Positions 38,555 through 50,029 of a stretch of DNA of 64,000 bases are shown here, piece after piece. The stretch lies in contig NC_069003.1 of assembly GCF_001194135.2 (NCBI RefSeq), positions 27,799,022-27,863,021 of the forward strand. The letters are read 5' to 3'. The notes below the pieces were generated by a model. It worked only from the letters and a program-made list of their open reading frames with translations. It did no database searches and was not told the origin of the DNA. This DNA is from Octopus bimaculoides (Eukaryota). The position numbers were made by a program, and so were the translations under genes. Each line of letters starts with the position of its first letter. Within the stretch, counting starts at the first letter, position 1.

Positions 38555-39899
38555 GTAAAAAGGAGCCTTTTCCGTCTACGTCGCCATCTCCTTTGGTTCG
38601 CACGGTCGAAGTATTACAGTCCTGTACCCAGATATGCACCTATATATACAGGTAGACGTAGGTATGCACATACCTGTACGTATATGTGCATATGCTCATT
38701 TATTTGTTTTATATATATATATACTTGAAAAAATCGGCGAAGGTAAAGAATATGCACATCCGATATGTAGGGTTAGGGTTACGCTGAAAATAGGTGTTGT
38801 CCGCCGAAAAACCCACTATCATTATTAATACTCGTGGATACACGAGTCACTTTCATCTTCCATATCTCTGGTCGATAAAATAAGGCTTAACCGGACAATA
38901 GTGAATCCTACCACCTATACACCCATCCTCTGATCCTTCCATAATTGCTTATGTGGGACAAAACGCAATCCCATCGGTCGGCCAAATAAAATACCAAAGT
39001 ACTGAGATCGATATAATCGATTTAGCCTCCCTTCAAAACTTCTGGGCATATGCAAATGTTAGATAGTAAGGTTGATAGATAGGCAGAATCGTTAGTGCGT
39101 CGGACAAAATGTTGCTTCGGCATTTCATCCTTTCAGGGGCGATAAAATAAGTACCAGTTGAACACTGGTACTTATCGACTGCACCCTCCTCCAAAATTGC
39201 TGGCTTTGTGTAAAAATTTGAAATTATTACAGTTCAAATCTCGCCGGGGTCAACTTTGCATTTCATTCCTCTTGGGTTGATGAAAGTTAAGAACCACTCA
39301 ATCACCATAATTGGTGGCACTAGCTAACCCGCTTCCCCCTAAAATTGCGGGCATTGTATCTTTTACCTGGAACCTTTATTTATTTAACTTTAACTCCATC
39401 GAAACCTTTCTCATCGGAGTCGATGCCTTAATTATCTTTCATTTCTAAATAGCTAATTATTTTTCTTTGCTCTAGCTATTAACGAGATTAAAGCAATCAA
39501 AAGACATTCGATATTGAGTTGAGCAGAAAGAGAGAGAGAGAGCGTTCACTCTCAGGTGAGAGAGAAGGACGGAAATTATTACATATTTTAGAGTGAGAAC
39601 TTAATAAAGGCAGAACAAACATCCTCGTTGCTCCTAGTTGAGGGTTGAGTCTGGAAAAGAGGGGGGGGGGAGAAGAAAACGGAAACCCCTCTAGTGTTAT
39701 CGAAGTGCCGAGATTATCAGTAAAACATTCATTGATTAGCTACACCTGTTCAACATTTTCTACAAGCTTTCTCCTAAATGATTTCATGGCAATCCTGCCT
39801 CACAACAGACGGCTGTCACCTAGCGACGATGTTAGTACAGCCTACACATTCATGTAGTTCTTCGCTTAGCGACGTTCATTTTATATTAAGAAACGAATT

Positions 39900-40130
39900 T
39901 AAAAAAAAAAAGAAAAATACATACCTCGAAGCACGCCCACGCATCTTTTGAGGTATCACGTGTAATATATATATAAACATATATAATATATACGTACACA
40001 CATACACTCTCGCACACCTAATCGCGCGCGCGTAATTCCTACGTTAAAGACATGTCGAAATACTCGTGTGGGGCGCCCACACATTTTCTCTCAATTACTC
40101 CCACAAGCTTTCCGACACGTGATTTTATGT
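39900..40130. promoter_or_regulatory. CpG-dense regulatory island or alternative promoter
   Basis: Two CACGTG E-boxes, (CG)n run, palindrome GTGTGGG-GCG-CCCACAC, minus-strand donor GAG|GTATGT at ~39923. Confidence 0.4.
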
Positions 40131-41223
40131 TAGTCTTTTACTATTATTATTATTATTATCATCTAAATATATATATTTAAACTACTACATATAAGTCACG
40201 ACAAAATTTTCTATTTTTAAATCACGAGTAAAAATTTATTGCACATATACTTTTTTTCTAAATATGTCATTTTTTTTCTATCTCCCCTTTATTTCTATCC
40301 CCCCCCCTTCTTTGCGCGTATATGAAAATACAAAACAAAAGCAAAAAAAAAAGTATTTACCAATATTTCTTACTAACAGTAAGAAAGGCACTTGCAACTA
40401 CCACTACCTTTTACTTCTACTACTGCTGGTTTTCTACGACTGCTAACCTCTTCAGTAACACTCTAACAAGTTGTGTAATAACCAACTACTAAATATACAT
40501 TGTCTTTAGCTTGCTTGGCTGATAATAAATTAAGACTATTCTATTACAATATCCCTCAATTCACGCTAATAATAAAAATTCTGTCGACTGAAAGAATTCT
40601 ACTTGCAAACCTTGTAAAAATAAAAGATTCATTTTATATATTTTTTTGTATATATATTTTCTCTTTTTTTTTTTTTAACTTCACTAACACACACACAACG
40701 ACGACTGCGACGATTCTTATTGCAAACACTACTTCTACTACTACCGCAACTACTTCATCAACAGCAACTACTGCATCCTTCTAACTCTAAAAGCAAATTC
40801 ACGTATCAGAAATCTACCAATCTCCTCCTCCTCCTCCTCCTCCTTCTTTTAATACAACGCTAAGAAATATTACTACTATGGCGATGCATCATTTTCCTGT
40901 GTTCATAATAAAATAAACTTTTTTTAACTACACTTTGGAGTCATAGCCTCTCTCACGCGCATGCATCATCATCATCATCATCTACATTCTATAGCTCTAT
41001 ATTATACATGCACATACATATATGCACATTATCTACTTATGCAGTTTTATGTAATATATAATATGTATGTATGGATATATATATATATTCTATATTATGT
41101 AGAATTATACTATATATATAGATATATATATATATATGCATACGTATGTATATATAATATACATTATATAGCATTATTCTCTCTACATAAGTTTACATTT
41201 TGTAGCCTTATAGGGGCATGGCT

Positions 41224-41500
41224 TAATGAAGGTGCATGGTTTAGTGGTTACGGTGTTGCACTCACGATTGCAAGGTCATGGGTTCGATTCCCAGACCGGG
41301 CGTTATGTTGTGTTCTTGAGCAAAGCACTTCATTTCATGTTGCTCTGCGATCATTTCTACACCTGACGTGTGGCACCCGTTGCACCTGTACAGGTAATGT
41401 TGATCTGATGGAGGTGAGTGACCTTACGTTTACACAAACATTTGATCACTACAAACAAATCATCTGTGTGGTTGTTCAATAAGAAATTGTCGAACTCTCA
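41224..41500 (+). mobile_element. Family-A-related tRNA SINE (diverged)
   Basis: A/B boxes TGGTTTAGTGG...GGTTCGATTCCC; similar copy at ~50820-51010. Confidence 0.75.
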
Positions 41501-42049
41501 TACGTCTCTAACGATACGAGAGTCCATCATCATCACATATATAAATATATATATATATATATATATCATCATTATCTAACATCCATTTTACCATACTGGC
41601 ATAGGTTGAATGGTTTGACAGGGTCCAAAGAATCCAAAAGCTGCAGTGAGGTCCAGTGTGAAGCTTTTGGCATAGTTACTGTGGCTGAATATTCTTCCAA
41701 AGGCAGTCTTCTTTCGTTTGTGTACTGTGTTTTTTTTTTTCCTGTCACCTGCACTAGTGACAGGAAAAACCCATGACCTTGCAATTGTGAGTGCAACACC
41801 GTAACCACTAAACCATGCACCTTCATTAAGCCATGCCCCTATAAGGCTACAAAATGTAAAGTGGACTAAGAGAGTGGGAAGGAGAAGGAATAAGGAGAAT
41901 GAAGGAGGAAAGTGGTTCTGAGAAGTGGAGGAGGAGGTAGTTAGGAGTGAAAGATGGTGGGGGAGTACTATGTATTATGGAGAGATGGGTTTTGGAGGAG
42001 GGAGATTAGATGAAGAGAATGCTTAATAGTGCAGAATGGGTGTAGGAAA

Positions 42050-42700
42050 AGTACCCTGCACATGCAAACATAGACAAGATGTTTTTAGGACTTCATTTTT
42101 GCCAAGATGAATGGACCTTCTCAAGCACAGTGAATAATCAGTCATCTTGGTTCTGCATCAACACTTCTGTGAGGCACAGCATCTTGCGATTATCCTTTAC
42201 TACTTTCTCTTGCATCTTTCTGAGTCTCCTGCTTCAACAAGTTCCATCCACTTTAAATGATTGGCACTTCTTTATGCAGCTGTCCTCATTCATACGCATC
42301 ACATGTCCAAACCAATGCATTTCTCTCTCCTGCACACCACACCTGATTCCTCTTATGCCTAATTTTCTCCTCAATACATTTATGCACACTGACATTGCAT
42401 ATCCAACAGAGCATACTAGATTCTCTCCTCTCCAGTCTTCACATGTCCTTTCCATTCAGGTCCACTTCTCATTACTATGTAGCATTGCTGTTTGTATACA
42501 AGCTTCATACAGTCTACCTTTCACTCAGAGAGAGAGAGAAATAGATCTTTTGTTGCCAATAGAAGTAATAGCTTTCCTATTTTTTTCTCTAGCAACTATA
42601 TTTTCAAAACACCCTCTTCTACCACTAATTAGGTATTTGGGTATAAGAAACTGTCTACTCCCTTTAGGGAGCTTCTGAGGCATTCTAGAAATGCCCTAAA
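42050..42700 (-). mobile_element. RTE LINE remnant (C-terminal part)
   Basis: LRRKLGIRGIRCGVQEREMHWFGHVMRMNEDSCIKKC matches the RTE RWFGHVxR motif. Confidence 0.85.
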
Positions 42701-42729
42701 AGCTTCTTATATTCTTTTATTCATTTACT

Positions 42730-43060
42730 TGTTTATCATTTGATTGTGGTCATGCTGGAGCACCACCTTTAGTCGAACAAATCGACCCCAGGACTTATTT
42801 TTTGTAAGCCTAGTACTTATTCTTTCGGTCCCTTTTGCCAAACTGCTAAGTTACGGGGGACATAAATGCACCAGCATCGGTTGTCAAGCGATGTTGGGGG
42901 GACAAACACAGACACACAAGCATACACACACACACACACATATGCGACGAGATTCTTTCAGTTTCCATCTACCAAATCCACTCAAGGCTTTGGTCCAGGG
43001 TTATAGTAGGAGACATGGTTGGTAAGTAGGCTACTTACCGCACAGCTACTCCTGCACCTA
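42730..43060 (-). mobile_element. Family-C SINE
   Basis: Colinear with the 14770-15175 copy; more minus-strand copies at ~44340-44720, ~46390-46525, ~47700-48075 and ~54575-54740. Confidence 0.85.
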
Positions 43061-45594
43061 TATGTATATATATATATTCTACAGCTGGATGTCCTTCTTA
43101 ATGCCGAACACTTTACAGTGTGTGATGGGTGCTTATAATGTGGCACTGACAGAATCGCTTTTACATGGCATCAACACAAGTACTTTTTACATGGCTTCAG
43201 CACAGGACACTTGCATACTAATCTTCTTCATCCGAGAGGGCAGCCTTAACACTTCTCCTGTGGAGGGCAGGTCTTCTTTAGTGTGTGTTTGTGTGTGTGA
43301 AATGCACTGTGGTTGAATAGTTAAGTTTGCTTCACAATGATAGGGTCCAGGGTTTGATTCTACTGTTAGGCATTTTAGGCAAGTATCATTTTCAATATCC
43401 ATATCTTCTAAGTGAAAGTGGGTAGAAAGAAACTGTATGGAAGCCCATCTAATGCAATCAATCTGCAACTGGAAATAAACAGGCTTGTCACACACTGTGT
43501 CATTATGATTCTGCTAGAGAAGTATATTAAGGTTATATGTTTCTGTGGAATGCTCAGTTACTTATATGTTACTTCAGGAGTCTCTACAGTTGGCTCTACA
43601 TTGCTGAAAGACAGAGTTTCTCCACATCATGTGATCTTGCGTTCAGTCACTGTGTGATACATAGGGAAAGTGTCTTCTACAGCTCCAAAGTCTTCTTCTA
43701 AAGCCTAGTGTGTACATTTGATAGCCAGAACCCATTTATTTGTTCCTGATGCAAAAAACCTTACCAAAAGCATTCCAGGCTTGAACATCCTGATTTTTTT
43801 TTGTTTTTGTTTTGCAATTTCAGACAAAATAACTTGGCTAATACAATCCAAAGTGTCTTTCTTTTGAGATAGCAAGATGTATTTTAAGGGATATTTAACA
43901 GGTTGAACAACCACCTTGAAGCTTTCCCTGTCAGTTTCCATAAGAGTTAATATAATCTGTAATTGGTTCTATCAACTCAACCCTTTCCTGAAAAATAGTG
44001 ACCTTACCTGTTGTCAAAAAGAAAAGAATATTTAATATCTTTTCCATCATAACTATTTTCATTTTCTTTGAAAAGATATGAGGTAATTTTGTTAAAAAAA
44101 AAAATTCAATAGAGGTTAACTTTGATTTCTTTTATGTAAATTCATAATGGTATTTTAGTTCTTTGTCTTCCTATACAGCATAGAGAAAATAATGAAATAG
44201 TTTCTGAAACCTTTTAACCTATGCGTACGCTGTAGCAGATGAGATTTAATTTGATTATACCCATGGAAGATGCAAAAACCAGTGGCCACATCGTTTTGTG
44301 TTTATGGCTTGCTAATTGGCAGAATCAATCATTACACTTTCATCTATTGTTTTTACTTGTTTTAGTCACTAGACTACGGCCATGCTGGGGCACCACCTTC
44401 AGGAATTTTAGTCGAATGTATCAACTCCAGTACTTATTTCTAAACCCAGTACCTATGCTATCGGTCTCTTTTGCTGAATCATTAAGTTACATGGACATAA
44501 ACACACCAACACCAGTTGTCAAGTGGTAGTGGGGGACAACAAAACACAAATACAAACACACACATATACACAACAAGCTTCTTTCAGTTTCTGTTGACCA
44601 AATCCACTCACAAGGCTTTGGTTGACCCAAGGCTATAGTAGAAGACACTTGTCCAAGGTGCTATGCAGTGGGACTGAACCATGAGGTTGTGAAGCAAACT
44701 TCTTACCACACAGCCACAACAAAATTTTAATTTTGTTTTGTCTTTGGTCAGTAAGTGTTATTTCCTATTTGCTTCTATCTAGAAATAAAAGGAAATGACT
44801 ACTATTCCCTTCAAACTTTGCTTTTGTGACCTGGGCATCAATGTTTTCAAACTGAACTATTTTCCATTACATCTCAGACAGATTCAGCACTGATTTTCAG
44901 AAGCAGAAATATTGTTATAGCAATTATACTGCTTAATACCACAGATTTCCTTGTCAGTTGCTTGACCACTTAACCACTTGAGCATGTCCTTTAGTGGCCA
45001 ACAATATGTGCATCTCTGATCATGAGCAGGAGTAGTTGGGGAGCATTATAGCCATCTGTTGAGAGGGATTCTTTGTGGATAAATGTAACAAGAGCAAAGT
45101 TTGAATTAAATATTAACATTTTTCCATACTTTCTAGGGGTATGCAAATAGGAAATGACAGTTGCTACTCAAGGACAAAAATCATGTTACACAGTGTTTTT
45201 TTTAGCCATAAATACAGTCATGTTGCTGCCAACTTTTGTATCTTGAAGGGTTACTATCAAATGAAATTATGTCTGCTAAAACATATTCGTGTGTTCAAGG
45301 TGGTATAGTTCATTTTGATTAAAACTATATTGCGTTGTAAGGTTCTATACTGCTATACTGATTGTTTGACACTACAATCTTAATTAGTTTTGTGATCATA
45401 TTTCTAATTAAATACTATGTGTTTCAATTAATTTTGAAGAATTCAAGAGAATAATTCATATTAAGTTGATGTTTGGAACATATCTTGGTCTTCTGCTTAT
45501 TATAAGGGATGTCAGCTTCATGGAACATTAGTGAAGTGTGTGTTAACAATATTTGATGTAGAACCCAAGAAATTTTCATTAATATTAATTATAG

Positions 45595-45611
45595 CTTCGG
45601 TGTCAGGAACA
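45595..45611 (+). CDS. Candidate micro-exon (17 nt, phase 1 to 0): (A)SVSGT
   Basis: TTTTCATTAATATTAATTATAG|CTTCGGTGTCAGGAACA|GTCAGT; in frame with 38485-38554 and 49714-49736. Confidence 0.3.
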
Positions 45612-46009
45612 GTCAGTATCTAAATGACTAATCACAGAGTAAATTGAAATGGGGTGGGGGAGAAACCCCACCCCTTGTCCCAGAATTGTAATAAATTATA
45701 ATTGAATATGGAATGCATTGAGAAGTAAAACTGGTCTTTAGATTACAATGACATCTATGTTCATATTAGAGTGAATATCTGCAGTTACCTTCTCAAAAAA
45801 TAGTAGTGTTGCTACATACCAGTTGTTAATCTTTTCTCTTTCACATGTTTCAATCATTGGACTATAGCCATGCTGGGGCACCATCTTGAAGGGTTTTAGT
45901 TGATCAAATCAACCCCAGTATTGAGGTTTATTTTATCTATTTATTTTTTTGTAAGAGCGATGTTTTTTTCTGTCAGTCTCTTTTGCCAAGCTGCTAAGTT
46001 ATGAAGACT

Positions 46010-46190
46010 TGGGTGCATGGATTGAAAATGAATATGGACCTACTGTAACTGTGACTTTACAAGTCTTCCACAAGTAGAAAGTTTACATCAAATTTAGGAT
46101 ATTGTTACACTTGTGGATGATGTTGGGTCTGATGAAATTATACAGGATGATGTGGTTGAGTTGCTAGTATTGCATACAGAAAGTTCAGAC
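46010..46190 (+). mobile_element. Possible pogo/Tigger-like transposase C-terminal fragment
   Basis: VDDVGSDEIIQDDVVELLVLHTES resembles the acidic Tigger tail as I recall it. Confidence 0.3.
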
Positions 46191-46779
46191 GGAATTGTTG
46201 AGGCAGGTTCTCTATGGACAGATGCTTTTCCTGTCACTAACCCTCACCTGTTTCCAAGCAAACTAGTATCCACCCATGGCTAGACATGCTTTTCCCAGAA
46301 GACTTGAAATGAATGACCCTGCTTGTATGATGATGATGATGATCGATTACGACCACGTGATGTCTAAACAATAGTATATATACATACATGCTTCTTTCAG
46401 TTTCCATTTACTAAGTCCACTCACAAGGCTTTTGTCAGCCTATAAGACACTTTCCCTAAGTGACACACTCTAGGACTGAACCTAAGACCACATAGTTGCA
46501 AAGTGAGCTTCTTAACCACACAGACACACACACACACACACACACATGTACATACATGTTCACATGTATACTACAGATTCTCCAGAAGCTATTTTAATAA
46601 TTCCTTTCATGTCTCCAATGTAATCTACCTCTGTACACTGTCATTTTATAGTTGTAAAATCATTGCTGTATGTTTTAGTTAGTAGTCTCTGTCACGATCA
46701 CCACTGTGTCATCAGCTACTTTATAACACATTCTGTGATTGCTACTTCTACTACAACTGTCTCTGTGAGTATGTGTATG

Positions 46780-46811
<32 letters not shown>

Positions 46812-47320
46812 CATACATATACACACATATTTATATGCACACGCACACCTGTATTAATGCTGTCTTTTACAACTATTATAGTTATTATGTATACGATATC
46901 TATTACTACTATTTTGCATCTATCTCTATTACTACCTGTTGATATATAGACCTAGTCGACTCTTGATCAGCAAGGCTTTGTATTAAAGCCATTCCAGATG
47001 TGACCATCCAGTCTGTTTATGAATTAGTTTCTTTATTTTTTGGAAGTTATACTGTCTCCAGAGCTATATTTTGGATGTATGCATACTTCTCATTTTATGA
47101 CTCATACAGTGTGATTCGATGGGTATCGACTGCTGTTTCTAGCCAGCTAAGTGACTGTAGTAAGGGTCTGTCAGGCTTGTTTGTTAATATAGTAATATTG
47201 TTGAACAGCAATGGTGCTGAGCTGTATATTTTACTCTATCTTTGTTACATCTCATATATTGCATAGCAACAGCAGTAATAAAACTCTATTATCTCATCAT
47301 GTTCCTATATTAGATAATTC

Positions 47321-47512
47321 CTATGTCCTGTTATCTTGTATCTCTTGAGTTGGTTGGCAAATCCCTTTCACTACATCCTTAACGGTTGTTGTTCTAGTTG
47401 TTGGTGTGGACCCATTACTTTTCACATCCTCTACTGCATTGTCTACCAATCTCTTTAGTGCCGGAAAAAACAGATTTGATTGGATGTAACTCCTCCCCTC
47501 CCTAGCTGTCAT
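47321..47512 (-). mobile_element. Decayed RTE LINE C-terminus (track ORF MTAREGRS...)
   Basis: GSTPTTRTTTVKDVVKG...QDNRT* aligns by eye to GRRPRGRPRTTWxDVVK...QDRxxW. Confidence 0.5.
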
Positions 47513-48369
47513 GCATCATTTACCACAACTAAATGCAGTATGATGTAATATATACACTATTCCTCTTGTTGATGCTTGCTTCTTGCTTTGGTCATACTGG
47601 AGCAGTGATTTGCTTTAAGGGTTTCAGGTTTCCTTCGCTCGATTGTTTCTATAAAAAAGAAAAAAAAAATACTTGCTGAATTTAAACCTTTTTTTTTTGT
47701 ACTTGTTTCAATCATTAGATTGTGGCCATGCTGGGGCACCACTTTGAAGAAATATTAGTTGAATAAATCATTCCCAGTACCTATTTATTTTAAGCTTGGT
47801 TTTTTATTCTATTGGTCTCTTTTGCTGAATCGCTAAGTTATGAGGATATAAACATACCAACACTGGTTGTCAAAGACAAAATGGGGGACAGATACACACA
47901 CACACACACAGAGTGGGCTTCTTTCAGTTTCCATCTACCAAATCCACTCACAAAGCTTTGTTCAGCCCGAAGCTAAACTACAAGACACTTGCCCAAGGTG
48001 CTGCATAGTGAGGCTGAACCTGGAACCATGTAGTTGGGAAGTAAGTTTCTTACCACACAGCCATGCTTGCACCTAAAGTATAAAGTATATATATTTATTT
48101 TTAAATCTTCCATAATTATTTTAGATAAGAATGTTTTATGTTCCAAACATACTTTAGCTCTTTCTTTGCCATATTTTTCTTGAAATTCATTGCCTCTGTT
48201 TCAATTAATTTCGAAAATCACAGAGAATTTAGTAAAATAACTTTGTCATTATTAAACTGGTACATAGAAAATGTATTGATATGGAATTTTTATGGAAGGC
48301 TTTAATTTAGATCATTTTCAAAAAGAAAATTTCTATCATAGGACCAAGGGTGGTCTGAGGCAGATCTTT

Positions 48370-48555
48370 TTGTTTCTACTCTAGGCACAAGGCCCGAAAT
48401 TTTGGGGGGAGGGGGCCAGTCGATTATGTCAACCCCAGTATGCCACTGATACTTAATTTATCGAATCCGAAAGGATGAAAGGCAAAGTCAACCTCGGCGG
48501 AATTTGAACTCAGAATGTAAAGACAGACCAAATACCACTAAACATTTTGCCTGGC
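48370..48555 (-). mobile_element. Family-B SINE
   Basis: Reverse-complement B core. Confidence 0.85.
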
Positions 48556-48968
48556 GTATCAAAAAGGTTAATAATTTAAAAGTTAGCTATTTTACTAAAT
48601 TACTAAAATACTTGATTATTTTTCAAAATTTAATTACAACACATCAGCTGTGTATTTGATTAGACATAAAGTTAGAAAAGAACGAGGTAATAACAGAGGC
48701 TATTCACCTACAATAATGCCTGTTACTATAATGTTATTTTTTTAATGTATCTCTTACAATGCTAAAAGATAAATTGTATCTACATCTTTTCTATACTTGC
48801 AGTGATTGTTATTTATTACAGAAATGGCAACTGATTATAACCTAATATAGTTTTAATGATCTTATGTGCTGACAGCTATTTTCTATAATCTGCAACTCCA
48901 TTTTTGACCATAACTATCTTTTATTATTTTTTTATTTCCATATATAGAGTTGTTTATAGATGTTTGGA

Positions 48969-48999
<31 letters not shown>

Positions 49000-49370
49000 C
49001 AGTATGAATAAGCCACCACTGATGAAAATTCAAAGTATCAACGTTTTTACATTTAACTCTATATATGTTCTGAACCCTCTGTTCAGGTAATGGTTGTTTT
49101 TGTTTAGAAATTATTTATTTACATATGTGTATAGACACATACATACATACACACTCTTGTGTGTGAATATATGTGTACATGTGTATATATATATATATAT
49201 ATAGTGTGTGTGTATGTGTACATATATTTTGTGCGTGTGTGTGTATGCATACATATATTTTGTGTATATGTATGTGCACACATATATACTATAATACGTG
49301 TGTGTATGAGTACATATATACTATATATGTGTGTATATGCATACATATATACTATATACATGTGTATATG

Positions 49371-49434
<64 letters not shown>

Positions 49435-49437
<3 letters not shown>

Positions 49438-49580
49438 AGGCATGGCTGTGTGGTTGGAAAGCTTGCTTCCCAACCACATGGTTTTGGGTTCAGTCCCACT
49501 ATGTGGTACCTTGGGCAAGTGTCTTTTGCTTTAAAGTCAGGCTGATCGAAGCCTTGTGATTGAATTCGGTAGGCAGAAGT
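49435..49580 (+). mobile_element. Family-C SINE 5' half
   Basis: GCAGGCATGGCTGTGTGG...CAGTCCCACT; further + copies at ~50540-50710, ~57975-58300 and ~59345-59700. Confidence 0.8.
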
Positions 49581-49713
49581 TACCATCTTGTGTGTATATG
49601 TGTGTCTAAGTGCTCGCACCTCCTAACAGAGAGGAGGGATATGTATGTATGTATGGATGTATGTTTGGGACTCACAGACATGCTATAAATGTGAATATTC
49701 TGTTATTGTGTAG

Positions 49714-49736
49714 ACGAGGCAAATCTTGTTATCCAA
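49714..49736 (+). CDS. Candidate micro-exon (23 nt, phase 0 to 2): TRQILLS(K)
   Basis: TTCTGTTATTGTGTAG|ACGAGGCAAATCTTGTTATCCAA|GTAAGA. Confidence 0.4.
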
Positions 49737-50006
49737 GTAAGAAATTACTGGTTCAGGTACTGAGGAAACTAGAAAAATTAGGTATTATCTAGAACTAACT
49801 TTGTCAAGCTGTGTTCGGTTGTGTGATTGACAATGCAAGTCTGTTCTATTAGAAGCAGTACTCTATGTTTTAATGTATTGTAACATTTAATTTATTACAG
49901 TATAATACTAGATAGAGTAGAAGACGGGTATAAAATGATCTAAAAGGTTGGCTTCAACTTGAACTTTGAAATAAAAGTGCTACTGTGTGTTGTTTTTAAA
50001 TGTCAG

Positions 50007-50029
50007 ATTGAGGAAAGACTTTGGTAGAA
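50007..50029 (+). CDS. Candidate micro-exon (23 nt, phase 2 to 1): LRKDFGR
   Basis: GTGTTGTTTTTAAATGTCAG|ATTGAGGAAAGACTTTGGTAGAA|GTAAGA; in frame with 49714-49736. Confidence 0.4.

Noticed and set aside
43705-43941. Minus ORF with a strong donor TTG|GTAAGG
   Set aside because: The donor lies in a dispersed repeat fragment (similar to ~32500 and ~61570) and the ORF crosses a poly-A linker
47321-47512. Protein-like ORF MTAREGRSYIQSNLFFPALKRLVD... as a host exon
   Set aside because: Better explained as a decayed RTE C-terminus; no splice sites
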